From contig RDEW01000002.1 in the NCBI GenBank assembly GCA_011109175.1, positions 1,594,111 to 1,658,110 on the forward strand: a stretch of DNA of 64,000 nucleotides, in the 5' to 3' direction. Below the pieces are notes generated by a model that searched no databases, was not told where the DNA came from, and saw only the letters and a program-made list of their open reading frames with translations. This DNA comes from Dicyema japonicum (Eukaryota > Animalia > Dicyemida). Made by a program: the position numbers and the translations under genes. Shown in pieces: positions 1 to 12,569 of the stretch (positions are counted from its first letter, which is position 1; every line of letters starts with the position of its first letter).

Positions 1-1050
1 CGAAAAGTCTCCCTCTGTGTATAGAGTCAAAGGCTTTGGACATGTCCGTGCCAAGGATGCCAGTAGCCCCCTTGTACTTTTGATATGTTGCACAAAGCCA
101 TCGATGTCTCCAGACCAGATCAGCTGTAGATCTCCCTGAGCTGGATCCGCTTAGACCGTAAGAGAAAAATTTTCAATGTCAGATCCAATCCTATTCAACA
201 CTATAAGTGATGTGTCTTGCGTAGAGTCGTCAATAGTACGATGGGTCTTAAATTCGTTAAGGGGCCTTAGCTTTGCCCGGTTTTTGTAGTGCAATTAGTG
301 TACCATTACCCACATCCAGGGGTGAGTTGTATTTGAATGTTTTGTTGTAATCTCAGTTAATAGCTCAGAGATCTCGGTTGGTGCACATTTGAGAAGTTCT
401 GCAATTAAGTTTTCGAAGCCAGCAGTTCTATTGTTGATTAATTTGTCCAGGGCTTTTTTGTTTCCAAAATAGTTATCTGAATATTTAGTTCTCGTGCTTC
501 ACCATCGAATTGTTTGATGTTTTCCCCGTGGTTTTGATTGAAGGCCAGCTGAAAATGGCTAGATATGGCAGATAAAAATTCATTTTTGTCCAACATAGTC
601 TTTCCAAACTGATCATGTATTGTGATTTTTGATGACTGCGCGTCTCTATGTAGTAGGTGGACAGCCTTGAACATCTGCTCCGTTTTTGAGCTTTCTACTT
701 TTTAACTATTCCAACAAGTTTATTTTCCTTTATTTCCCTCGTTCTTTTTTTATGCAGGTTTGATTCCGCATGACTCTTAGAGTGTGTTCTTTTGTTTGGT
801 AATGACAGGTTCGATTTGCAAACGTAGGTTCCTATGCAATTTTGATAGTTCTTCAAGTCGTGGTCATAGTGTCCGTTGAAATGCTTCGGTTTTACTCCAA
901 CCGTTAAATGGGCCGAGCACTTTATTACATCGAAGGTGTCTTGCACAATCCCCAGGCATTTTTTCTTTATTCCACTGTCTGATCTTTTCTCTTAATGTAT
1001 TTTGATAGCTTTCCCGAGTCGGTCCTACCATGCAGAATTGTTCCACTGCA
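1..1050 (-). mobile_element. Degenerate RTE-like non-LTR retrotransposon, RT N-terminal region
   Basis: Broken ORFs (MFKAVHLLHR...HFQLAFN...ITILE; downstream NNRTAG..AELLK and KKPGKAK) parallel the same-family fragments at 23822-24073, 44561-44893 and 47633-48079. Confidence 0.7.
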
Positions 1051-1118
1051 AACCTCCCTCAGATATCCTTATGAGCCGCTTTGGAAACCCGAAAATATCG
1101 TTTGAAAAGGAAATGTGC

Positions 1119-1853
1119 CACAACCAATCTGTGATCACTATCTACTAGTGTCCCTATTTTCAATTCAAACTTATAATTTCTTAAATTTCCTAAAATACAA
1201 CAGCACTTCATCAACCTTTAGATAAGGGGATCATAAACTCTTTCAAACCATATTATAACAACGTTCTTTATTGAAGTGATATGTCTTGACGATGTTAAGG
1301 AATACTATTCGACCCTAATGAAAATTAATATGAATAAAATAATTGCATTTGTAGGAAAAGCTTGGAATCGAGCAACAACAACAACGATTGTCAATTGTTG
1401 GATGAAAAATAAACGAAAGAGAACATGTGTTTTGTGAACTTAATTCAAAAAAGTCATCTGAAATAAGTGATAAACATGTTTCATGATTAATGGAACTTTG
1501 AAATAAGCGGGAGTGGAATATAATGCGACTTTGTATAATGGAAATGATGAGATTAAGGGTTATGTTAAAAGATTCAATAAGAATAATGAATAATCTCGAA
1601 ACTTCTTTATTCAATACTTGCCCTGAAGGGCTCAAAGAATACTATGAATTCAGAATAAAAATTTCAAGGATTCTAAGAAATAATTATAATACTGGGTTCA
1701 AAATAACTGATTATTTCTCATAAAATAAATTAAATCCTTTTTTTTCGAAAAAAATATTTTGTTATTAAAAAGTACAAATAATAGTTTTGAAATATAAGAA
1801 TTATATATATCTGTATATTTGGGGCACAGTCCTATTGGGGCGTGGTCGGACTG
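1119..1853 (+). mobile_element. 3' part of a pogo/Tigger-like DNA transposon with right TIR
   Basis: Degenerate ..LDKGII motif and C-terminal ORF (NNLETSLFNTCPEGLKEYYEF). It ends GGTCGGACTG, the reverse complement of the CAGTCCGA TIR seen at 5494. A near-identical copy lies at 4214-4947. Confidence 0.7.
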
Positions 1854-2319
1854 TTTTAATATATTTTAGAATGGTAAACCTACAATTATAAATAGCATAT
1901 TTTGCAAGTGTAAAATAATGTCGTCTACTGAAAACCAAGTGATATCTACTACCACGAGTTTATCCTGAATGTAATTAAACGGCTCCGATTGAAAAGCAAG
2001 TGGATGCGATGGGTCACATAATTTCTTTTTTAAGAAATTGAATCTCTAACATGACTTTTCATTTACAAAGATTAACCGAAAGTATTAATGGAGAAGACAT
2101 CCACTGGACTCTAACGGAGATATTTTGACTGAATCTGATGTGTAGATGGAAAGTAACAGGGAGTTTATGGCTCACTCTTCTTCTAAGAGAAAATGAGGGG
2201 ATTACCAACAATCTGGATCAAATTCGCTTTATTAGTTAATTTACTCGTTATAAACAAATAAAATTATATTTTAAATAAAAATATTATTTTTTTAAAAAAT
2301 GAATAAATTAAAAAAATAG

Positions 2320-3825
2320 TTGGCGAATGAATTCTCAAGCTTTGACCAACATTTCTCAAGTATTAGTATTATAAAAATAATGATTTATGGACTTCGCTAC
2401 ATTTCCACATATGTCATAAATATCCTGATATGCAGAATAATTTGCTTCCATGTGATCAGAAACATAACTCTTCGCTACATATTTTCGATTTTAGCAGGAT
2501 TTTATCTTCTTTATGGAAGATATGGAATGTTATTTCTCATATTAATTATTTCAGAGAAGGATTCCACGTGTTAGCTCATTCACTGATAATATATTTGATA
2601 ATATTGTACATACCACACACTGGAAAGGTCTCCTGCTCAATCGTCGTATCTTTCGTATATTTGGAGATACTACATTTCAAAACTGCGTGGGAAAATTATG
2701 AGCGTTTATCCACAGTTGGCATTGCTAAGTTTGTATTGAGACTTATTGTTAGCCCAATAATGTTTTCAACCAAAAAATTAACTGCTTTAATTATGTCATG
2801 CCACGATGGTCACAATAATGTGGAAGAAGTAAACGAGAAATACGTTCTAAAGTCCTCATATATTGAATCGTAGAAAAACTCCATCCTTGTTACAAATCCT
2901 TGGATATATTTTCTGTTTCCATGGAGTATTCTTGGGTCCCTTCTTCCATTTCAAAGACTACGTAGAGTACTTAGAATCCAATGAGGTAGTTTGCTTATTT
3001 CATGTAAGAAACCAAAGTTTCCCATAAAAGTTATTTTAAAGAAGTTGATTTCTTCGTTATTAATTATTCAACTATCGGGTATTTAATAAACTACAGAACA
3101 CCATGGTGGATACACGGTGTCTCTTTTTGTTACCCCACAGAAAAGTCTAAGGAAATAAATTCCGTTGTGTCATTTTTTAGGTTTTATTTCTACGCATTTT
3201 TGTGTATCTTTGCGGTTAGAGTGAAACACTACTTCTTCTGGGTGTTAGGTATAACATTGTCTTCAATTAAGCCGATGGACTGTTTAATTTGGCTGGATTC
3301 GGATATGACAAAAAAACCGACAAGTGGTCCATGACGACAAACGTGGATATTCTTGGTTTTGAGGTAGTTTTGGAGTCCCATCTTAGTTTGCTTCTCACAT
3401 GCAGAAGGCTGTTGCTAGTTGGAACATGACAACAGTGAAATGGATCCGCTACATCCTCTACAGTAGAAATATTCCGTATAAACGGATCAAATTGTTTCTC
3501 TTTATGGCTGCCTGGCATGGAGTCTACCCAGGATATTACATTTTCTTTTTAAACTTTTACATGTTTTTGCAATGCAACTATTAAAGTATAACAGTGGTTT
3601 ACGTGTAGATGTACAAGTTCAGCGAACGATGAATATCCCCCCAATGTTATCAAAAAGCTGTCCAATCAGTATGGGCTCTCGTATCAATTGGGTACATCTC
3701 CATCCCATACGTCGTCCTCACATTGAATAGTACACTTGAAATTTATTGGTAAGGAATGTCCTTATTTTAGGTCTGTCGGCTTCTCTTTGCATTTTGTGGC
3801 TTTATTTATTATTTTAGTACTCTGA
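2320..3825 (+). pseudogene. MBOAT lysophospholipid acyltransferase, copy 1 (frameshifted)
   Basis: Same 9-mini-intron structure and WHGVYPGYY motif as copy 2, but with a 1-nt deletion near 3078 (TCGGGTATTTAA) and a 1-nt insertion near 3571. Sequencing error is not excluded. The 5' end is uncertain. Confidence 0.8.
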
Positions 3826-4213
3826 CTGGGAATATATTTTTGACGGGGGAATTATTTTATTTTCTTTATATTTCAATTATGTTTGTGAATAAGACTTATG
3901 TCTTACACGAAAATAAGTGGTTGTATAATGTTATTGTCCAACTTCTTTTGAATTGAGCCAGTGCAATGCTCTTTCTGCCACTCACCATTGTCTAGCTACT
4001 CTTAAATCTATATTGTGGTTCATTAACCGCTCCTGTTATCTTCTAGCTCAAAGTATTTTCGTTTGAGGTCAATTATAACTTAACCAAAATCACTCCTTGA
4101 ACATTCTTGGTCCATTAACATACTTTAAGAGTTTTCTTGATCGTAATAGATGAACATTTTTTACTTACAATTCCTTCAAAATCGGAATAATCCTAAGTTT
4201 TCATAATTTGCCA

Positions 4214-4947
4214 CCACCAATCTGTGATCACTATCTACTAGTGTCTCTATCTACTATTCAAACTTACAATTTCTTAAATTTCCTAAAAATACAACATCAC
4301 TTCATCAATTTTTAGATATGGGGATCATAAACTCTTTCAAACCATATTTTTAACAACGTTCTTTATGAAGTGATATGTCTTGACGATGTTAAGGAATACT
4401 ATTCGACACTATTGAAGATTAATATGAATCAAATAATTGCATTTGTAGGAAAAGCTTGGAATCGAGCTACAACAACAACGATTGTCAATTATTGGATGAA
4501 AATACACGAACAGAGAACATGTGTTTGTGAACTTAATTCAAAAAAGTCATCAGAAATAAGTGATAAATATGTTTCATGATTATGGAATTTGAAATAAGCG
4601 GGAGTGAATATAATGCGACTTTGTATAATGGAAATGATGAGATTAAAGGGTTACGTTTAAAAGATTCAATAAGAATAATGAATAATCTTGAAACCTCTTT
4701 ATTCAATACTTGCCCTGAAGGGCTCAAAGAATACTATGAATTCAGAATAAAAATTTCAAGGATTCTAAGAAATAATTATAATACTGGGTTCAAAATAACT
4801 GATTATTTCTCATAAAATAAATTAAATCCTTTTTTTATCGAAAAAACATATTTTGTTTTTAAAAAGTACAAATAATAGTTTTGAAATATAAGAATTATAT
4901 ATATCTGTATATTTGGGGCACTGTCCTATTGGGGCGTGGTCGGACTG
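4214..4947 (+). mobile_element. Second copy of the pogo/Tigger-like 3' fragment with right TIR
   Basis: Near-identical to 1119-1853. Confidence 0.7.
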
Positions 4948-5049
4948 TTTTAATATATTTTACAATGGTAAACCTACAATTACAATTATAAATAGCATAT
5001 TTGCAAGTGTAAAATAACTTTGTCCACTCAATCAGGTAGGGTGTTATTG

Positions 5050-5330
5050 GAAAATCAAGTTATATCTACTATCAAATTCGTTAGTTGGTATAATGTGGAT
5101 AGTGGCTTTGGTTTCATAGAAAGGTATATTTTTAAGTTTAAATAGGACTAATAACGGCCATTTTATCTTTTTCTACGTGGTAATGTTTATGCTGAAATAA
5201 TAGAGCAACACAGCTCAAATTTCTCAAAATAATACATAAAGACTTGATAAGGGAAAACATGTAGAATTCCTAGTTAGAAAGGTAAAAGGGGCGTTGAAGC
5301 TTTCAATATCAACGGAATAAATGCTTAAAA
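5050..5330 (+). pseudogene. Y-box-like cold-shock domain pseudogene
   Basis: Spliced reading ENQVISTIKFVSWYNVDSGFGFIER|TNNGHFIFFYV|...LDKGKHVEF...GKRGVEAFNING matches the CSD. Introns are 5124-5145 (22 nt) and 5180-5203 (24 nt). An in-frame TAA and a frameshift follow. A 5' stub (MSSTENQVIST) sits at 1918-1955. Confidence 0.7.
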
Positions 5331-5493
5331 ACCGTTTGGTAATTGTTCGTTTAACTTGGTTTTATTTCTTTTTATGTCGCGTGCGCTGAGGGTGATCGAG
5401 CGCTGAGATTATTCCATCAATGTCAATCAATGTAAAAATAAAAATAATCTATTATATCAAAGTTAACAATTTTACAAAAGTGCTAATTAACTA

Positions 5494-6900
5494 CAGTCCG
5501 AACCCACCCCAAGCCAAACCTCACCCTCGGATTTTGAGGCACCCCCGCTTTTTGGGGCACTTTGTGAATCATGCCTATTTTTAAGTATTAATTTCCAAAT
5601 TTGGAAATTTTTAAAAACCTTACTTAAGAAAAATAAGTTTTTTTGATAATAAAAAATACAAAATAAATAAAATTTTTAATTTCCACGTTAAATTTTGTTT
5701 TTAGTTTGTTTTCATGTCAAACAGATTAATAGTAATACTAATTTAAAGATTGCAATGGATATGGCTTCGAAAAGATCATCTGAGAGGCAAATACTCAATA
5801 AATACAAGACAAGTAAATGTTTGCTTTTAATTTATGCAATTTTAGGAACTGTGTCTAGGATTAAGAAAAATATTTGTAATTTTTTCAAAATAGATTTGTT
5901 CATTCTAATGAAAACAATATTAATGATCGAAATCCTGAAATAAAAAATATTTCAGTAGAGAAGTCACAGAAACATGATAAATTAGTGATTTTGTAAAATA
6001 CTTAGGAGAATTAACATTTTCAATTCCGATGAAACATCATTGTATGCTAAAAATGTCCATTAAAATAATTGGTGGGACTAAATGATAACTCTAATGGAAT
6101 AAAAATGTCAGCATTCTTCTTTGTTGCAGTGGGCTTAGGAAAAGTCAAAACCTTTGTTAATAGCAAAGTATAAATCTCGTCGAAGATTTAAAAATTTTAA
6201 TACTGATCACCATGGAGTGATGTATGCAGCGTCAAAAAATTCTTTGATGACTTCAGACATTTTTAATATGTAGCTGTGCGAGCTGAACGAAAAAATGATT
6301 TGTCATAATAATAAAGATTGTTGATGCTAGACAATGCAACATGTCATAAAACTTTTCTTATTCGAATGTTAAACTATTATTTCTGCCAAAGAATACTACC
6401 TCATTTGTACAGCCATTAGACATGGGAATAATAAAGGCACTTAAATCAAGATATTTTAACAATTTGATATCTTTCACTTTTGTTTCCGAAGAAGAAGAAC
6501 TAATTTTTCCAAAACTAAATGAAATCAATCTGAGAGATATAATAACGATTATGTGGAAAGTATTTCTTGAGATGTGATTGAAAATTGTTGGCGGAAAATA
6601 AATAAACATGGAATAGAAAAACACGACAATTCTCATCCAATTGAAGAAAATCACATCGAAAATATTGTCCACAACGTGATTCAGAAAGAAAAGACAGACA
6701 ATAAAACGTTTATGACGGAAATGATGATTATGAGTCGGCAACATTCAAAACAATCATATTTTCAATGAATGAATTAGAAAAAGGTACTCATACATTTATG
6801 CAACAAACTCTAACAAAATATTACGATTTTCGTAAGATTTATCCAAGATATTAAAAAACAAAAAATGTAGGGGAAAAATAACCGATCATTTTTGAATTAA
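5494..6900 (+). mobile_element. pogo/Tigger-like transposon (CENP-B HTH + DDE_1), degenerate
   Basis: TA|CAGTCCG left end; FNSDETSL and LMLDNATCH...[30 protein letters not shown] (about 6320-6455). Confidence 0.8.
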
Positions 6901-6909
6901 ATCGAAGAA

Positions 6910-8390
6910 GATTTTATTGGAACCTATCAGCAAGCAAAGAAGTAACTATATGTGGTTTCGATGATGAGAATTGTATGTCGTTTTGGGAAAAAGTGTGGTC
7001 TAAAAGAAAAGAGATGCACGTGCCATATAACAGTGTGGAAAAGTAAATGCTGGTATTGAAGGCATGTTGCAAGAGTTCACAAATGAGTTTATCCTGGATG
7101 TTATTAAATGGCTTCCTGATCAAAAAGCGTGTGGATGAGATGGGTCATATAATTTCTTTATCAAGAAAATGGAATCTTTACATGACTTTTCATGTACTGA
7201 GATTAACCAAAGTATTAATGAAGAATATATGCCTGAAAGTTGGCTTTATACTGGAATAACCTATTTAATTCCTAAAAAGGATGATTGTAGACTCCTAAAG
7301 ACTTACGTCCTATCACGTGTATGCCAAAATTATATAAACCTATTACCAAATGTGTTAATTCTAAACTCTCAGATTTTTTGGATTCGTTTGGGCTATTATC
7401 TGACAATCAGTTGGGGACGAGGAAACATTGTCAGGGCGCTACGGAAATAGGCCCTTATTAATCAATGCTTAAATATGGAGTATGGAAACACCCTTTATTC
7501 TGCTTGGGTTGATTTGAAGAAGGCTTTTGATTCTGTTGACCATGAATTTTTATTTCATGTATTGGATTGTTCAGGAATACCCCGTTGGATTGTTAACTTT
7601 GTAAAGACCATAGTCAAGATGTGGACTTTAAATTTCCACTTAGATGGGAGAAGAATTGGTTCTGTAAAACTGGGACGTGGAATTCTGCAAGGAGATTCAT
7701 TATCCCCTTATCTATTTGTTATGGTAATGGAACCCTTGAGCAGGACCCTTAACTCTATGTTCCCAAGACTCCAAATTAATCAGGAGGATCCTAATACTCT
7801 GACTTTTTCTACCAATCATTTGTTGTTCATTGATGACCTAAAGATTTTGGGCTAAAAGAAGATACTGTTATAAAAATGATGAAAGTTGTTCGCGATTTCT
7901 TTCATGTTGCCGACTTGGAGATGAATTCTGAAAAGTCATGTTAAATCGCTATCATGTTGTAAGATTCTAAAAGGAGTCAGTTGATATCAATTTTAAGTGT
8001 TTTCGAAGACGAGGGAAGTAATGTTCTTAAAAAAATGATGAAAGTTGTTCGCGATTTCTTTCATGTTGCCGGCTTGGAGATGAATTCTGAAAAGTCATGT
8101 TAAATCGCTATCATGTTGTGAGATTCTAAAAGGAGTCAGTGGATATCGATTTTTAAGTGTTTTTGAAGACGAGGGAAGTAATGTTCTTAAAAACAAAGTT
8201 ATGGAGTCCATTCTTGAAAATGTTCAGAATAGAGCAACCATGTTTTCAAAAAACAAAGTTTAATTCTGTGAACTTATTTCGTGTAATAAATGTATACGAA
8301 ATGTCCCTATATAACAATTTAGTTAGAAGTATTTCTTTTTTATTAGCAAAGACGTCTTTTCTACGAGCAATTTAGTGTTTGGGGTTTTCC
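6910..8390 (+). mobile_element. R4/Dong-like (RLE-class) non-LTR retrotransposon, RT fragment
   Basis: WLYTGITYLIPKK, WVDLKKAFDSVDH, GILQGDSLSPYLF and NHLLFIDDLK motifs; frameshifted. Confidence 0.85.
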
Positions 8391-8398
8391 AACACACT

Positions 8399-9850
8399 CT
8401 AGATCATCCACAAATTTCGGTTCTGAGCAGTCCAAATTACTTGTTCTTCGTCCTGAGAGTCTTTGTTATCTATTCTCGTATAGATATTATTTATTTCCTT
8501 TTTTAGCTTTTTAGTTCTTTCGACAAAACCCGTTTTATTTTTGTATGAAACAATCATCGACTCAAAAGTTTTACGTATAACCAATGATTGAATGTACGTA
8601 TAGGTTCTTTCGCCTATGTTCAGAGATCTGGAATGTTCCCAAGAGTGTGAGGTTACCAATCCTTCCCAGGTCAGTACTATTGGGACAATCCTCACTTTCG
8701 CATGGTGTATTGATTCCAGTTCTTTCGATAGAAGGTCATATTTTCTCAATTTTTCGAATTCTACTTGTTGGAGATTTTGGGTTGATGTTATACCCACTTT
8801 GACCAACAGTATTTGATTTTTCTTTTTATCGTGGATAAACAAATCTGGCTTGTTGTGTTCAATGTTTATATCGGTTTTGATGAAAGTATCAACTTTTATC
8901 TCTACCGAATCATCATCAAAATTGTTTGCACTGAGTGGGTTTTTAATCTTCTTTCGTTTTTGAGACCGTATTCTTTGCAAAAATAAAAGTGAATGCACCG
9001 TACGACTTCATTATGTCTTCTGACGTAATCTCCGTGCAACATTTTGCCGCATCTTGTAGCACAATGATCGACGGTTTACTTTTATTTTTTACACAAGGTG
9101 CAAATCTTGTTCAGCTCTCCAAAGAAGAGATTTCTGTCCTGGACTAAACAGAACAAGGCTTCCGATTTTGGAGAGTTATTCCCTNTACCGAATCATCATC
9201 AAAATTGTTTGCACTAAGTGGGTTTTTAATCTTCTTTCGTTTTTGAGACCGTATTCTTTGCAAAAATGAAAGTGAAGGCACCGTACGACTTCATTATATC
9301 TTCTGACGTAATCTCCGTGCAACATTTTGCCGCATCTTGTAGCACAATGATCGACAGTTTTCTTCCATTTTTTACACAAGGTGCAAATCTTGTTCAGTTC
9401 TCCAAAGAAGAGATTTCTGTCCTGGACTAAACAGAACAAGGCTTCCGATTTTGGAGAGTTGTTCCCTTTTGCTAGCCACAGAGATGAAAATTCAGTGTTT
9501 ACGAATTCTTCCGATAGGTTTTTGTACACTTGCGAATGAAGACTTTTCATACTTATTTGTTTCTTTAAGTTTTCTTTTTGTAGGTCAATCAAAAATTTAC
9601 TATCCAGGATAAATGTATTGTCAACAGAGTACTTCTCCCGCAAAAATTCTTCAATGGTAGCCATATGAGTTTTACTTAAGGTTTCGGCCTGAAGAATAGC
9701 GGAACTTCTTCTGCAACAAGTACTTCTTCCTTTCAAAGAGAGGCTGTATTTGGACAGGAAGACTTTTGGAAAAGGACCAACCTCGATTTCGTTTAAGTGC
9801 GAATTAATACTTTTCCAGTTTTTTAAAAGTTCGGAAAAACAGTCGACTGT
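8399..9850 (-). mobile_element. R4/Dong-like element C-terminus (CCHC knuckle + restriction-like endonuclease)
   Basis: CTLCKKWKKTVDHCATRC, YVRR(H/Y)NEVVRC.H, HNKPDLFIHDKK and EKLRKYDLL motifs. Internal duplication across the n at 9185. Confidence 0.85.
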
Positions 9851-10830
9851 GTGTTTGCGAAAGTCGGGGATTCTGTGAATAATAAAAACAAAAAATGGCA
9901 CTTGGCTACAATCGCAGGATTTCTTGCCTCTAAATATGCAATTGCCGACAAGGAAAGCATGGATGTTAAGTCCCTCAAGGACACTCAGAGGAAATATTTA
10001 TTAAATAAAATTTATTGCAGAACACTACACTCTATTTTGTTCAAATGTATTGCTGAAACAAATGTCGACCTATCTACTTCTTCGGAATGGTTATCCAAGG
10101 GAAATAACGGCCCACGGAGCAAAGCATTGTACTATATTTTGCACACACGGGGTCATTATGCAACCATTGTAAAAAAAGCAAGAAAACTGTTGATCATTTG
10201 GCTCAGTGTGTGGCAAAATGCTAAATAGTGATTATGTCCGAAGACATAATAAAGTGGTAGAGTGCATCCATCTTAATCTTTGTCGAATTTATGGAATCAA
10301 AAGAAGCAGGAAATTTAAAGGACATTCATTTCAGTCAATATTGACGAATCAAAATGTCGAAATTAGAGTTGACACGTCGATTATGACAATACCTCACAAG
10401 ACCGACTTAAGCAAGTTGAAGTTATGAATGCCAAGTGATGATTATTCCAGTGGTTTTGAAATGGGATGGAATTGTCTCAAGATGCTTCAAGAATCATATG
10501 GATAAATTATCTATTGAAGAATCAACGAGGACTTAAATCCAATCTGTTGTGCTGAAGAGAACGCTCGAAAGTATGATCATTGAACACAAGCATGGGATGA
10601 AGGTATATAATGAAGAGTACGTCTCTGCTACCTCCCAACTTTTGGAACTGGCATCCGTGAGGACACCAAACAGGAATCTAACAGAAATATTTTGACTGAA
10701 TCTGATGTGGAGATGGGGAGTAACAAAAAGTTTATGGCACACTCTTCTTCTAAGAAAATATGAGGGATTACCAACAATCTGGATCAAAATCGCTTTATTA
10801 GTTAATTTACTCGTTTTAAACAAAATGACA
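9851..10830 (+). mobile_element. Second R4/Dong-like C-terminal fragment and 3' end
   Basis: SSEWLSKGN, CGKMLNSDYVRRHNKVVECIH and VEIRVDT motifs. The 3' portion is repeated at about 2080-2255. Confidence 0.8.
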
Positions 10831-11020
10831 TAATTATATTTTAACTAAACAACGAGTCACAAGTAATTAATTAATTAGCTAATCTCCTCTTCTTGGGGCC
10901 AACGTCAATTGTCAGTATAGGTGTGTTTTCGTTGTCGCACAAACCACATTCCGAGACTCCCCTAGGTCGACATTTAAATAAAAATATTATTTTTAAAAAA
11001 ATAAATATTTATAAAATTAT

Positions 11021-12569
11021 ATGGGGAATGGATTCTCTAGTTATGACCAACATTTCTCAAGTTTTGACCATCTTTTCTCTAGTTTTGAAAAACATTTCTC
11101 AAGTATTAGTAGTATAAATATAATGATTCATGGGCTACTCTACATTTCCAAATATGTTTTAAAAATCCTGATATGCAGAATAATTTGCTTCCATGCGATC
11201 AGAAACATAACTCTTCGTTACATATTTTCGATTTTAGCAGGATTTTATTTTCTCTATGGAAGACATGGAATGTTATTTCTCATATTAATTATTTCAGAGA
11301 AGGATTCCACGTGTTAGCTCATTCACTGATAATATATTTGATAATATTGTACATTCCACACACTGGAAAGGTCTCTTGCTCACTCGTCGTATCTTTCGTA
11401 TATTTGGGGGTACTACATTTCAAAACTGCGTGGGAAAATTATGAGAGTTTATCCACAGTTGGCATTGCTAAGTTTGAATTGGAGACTTATTGTTAGCCCA
11501 ATAATGATTTCAACCCAAAGATTAACTGCTTTAGTTATGTCATGCCACGATGGTCACCATAATGTGGAAGAAGTAAACGAGAAATACGTTTTAAAGTCCA
11601 CATATATAAAATCGTAGAAAACCTCCATCCTTGTTACAAATCCTTGGATATATTTTCTGTTTCCATGGGGTATTCTTGGGTCCCTTCTTTCATTTCAAAG
11701 ACTACGTAGAGTACTTAGAATCCAATGAGGTAGTTTGCTTATTTCATTTAAGAAACCAAAGTTTCCCATAAAAGTTATTTTAAAGAAGTTGATTTCTTCG
11801 TTATTAATTTTTCAACTATCGGGGTATTTAGTAGACTACAGAACACCATGGTGGATACACGGTGTCTCTTTTTGTTATCCCCCAGAAAAATCTAAGGAAA
11901 TAAATTCCGTTGTGTCATTTTTTAGGTTTTATTTCTACGCATTTTTGTGTATCTTTGCGGTTAGAGTGAAACACTACTTCTTCTGGGTGTTAGGTATAAC
12001 ATTGTCTTCAACTAAGCCGATGGACTGTTTAATTTGGCTGGATTCGGATATGACAAGGAAACCGACAAGTGGTCCATGACGACAAACGTGGATATTCTTG
12101 GTTTTGAGGTAGTTTTGGATTCCTATCTTAGTTTGCTTCTCACATGCAGAAGGCTGTTGCTAGTTGGAACATGACAACAGTGAAATGGATCCGCTACATC
12201 CTCTACAGTAGAAATATTCCGTATAAACGGATCAAATTGTTTATCTTTATGGCTGCCTGGCATGGAGTCTACCCAGGATATTACATTTTCTTTTTGAACT
12301 TTTACATGTTTTTGCATGCAACTATTAAAGTATGACAGTGGGTCACGTGTAGATGTACAAGTTCAGCAAACGAATGAATATCCCTTCAATGTTATCAAAA
12401 TCTGTCCAATCAGTGTGGGCTCTCGTATCAATTGGATACATTTCCATCCCCTACGTCGTCCTCACATTATATGGTACATTTGAAATTTATTGGTAAGGAA
12501 TGTCGTTATTTTAGGTCTGTCGGCTTCTCGTTGCATTTTGTGTCTTTAATTATTATTTTAGTACTCTGA
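11021..12569 (+). CDS. MBOAT-family lysophospholipid acyltransferase (MBOAT1/2/LPCAT3-like), copy 2, intact, 9 mini-introns
   Basis: Removing nine 22-26 nt GT-AG introns (first 11272-11297, last 12493-12514) gives an open frame: NPIMISTQRLTALVMSCHDG, PSLLQILGYIFCFHGVFLGP, SWNMTTVKWIRY, catalytic-His motif AAWHGVYPGYY, ending YWSVGFSLHF...LVL*. Confidence 0.92.

Noticed and set aside
11157-11179. Possible extra 23-nt intron GTTTTAAAAATCCTGATATGCAG in MBOAT exon 1
   Set aside because: Differences among copies are largely synonymous or conservative in the unspliced frame (GLRYISTYVINILICR), so it is more likely coding.
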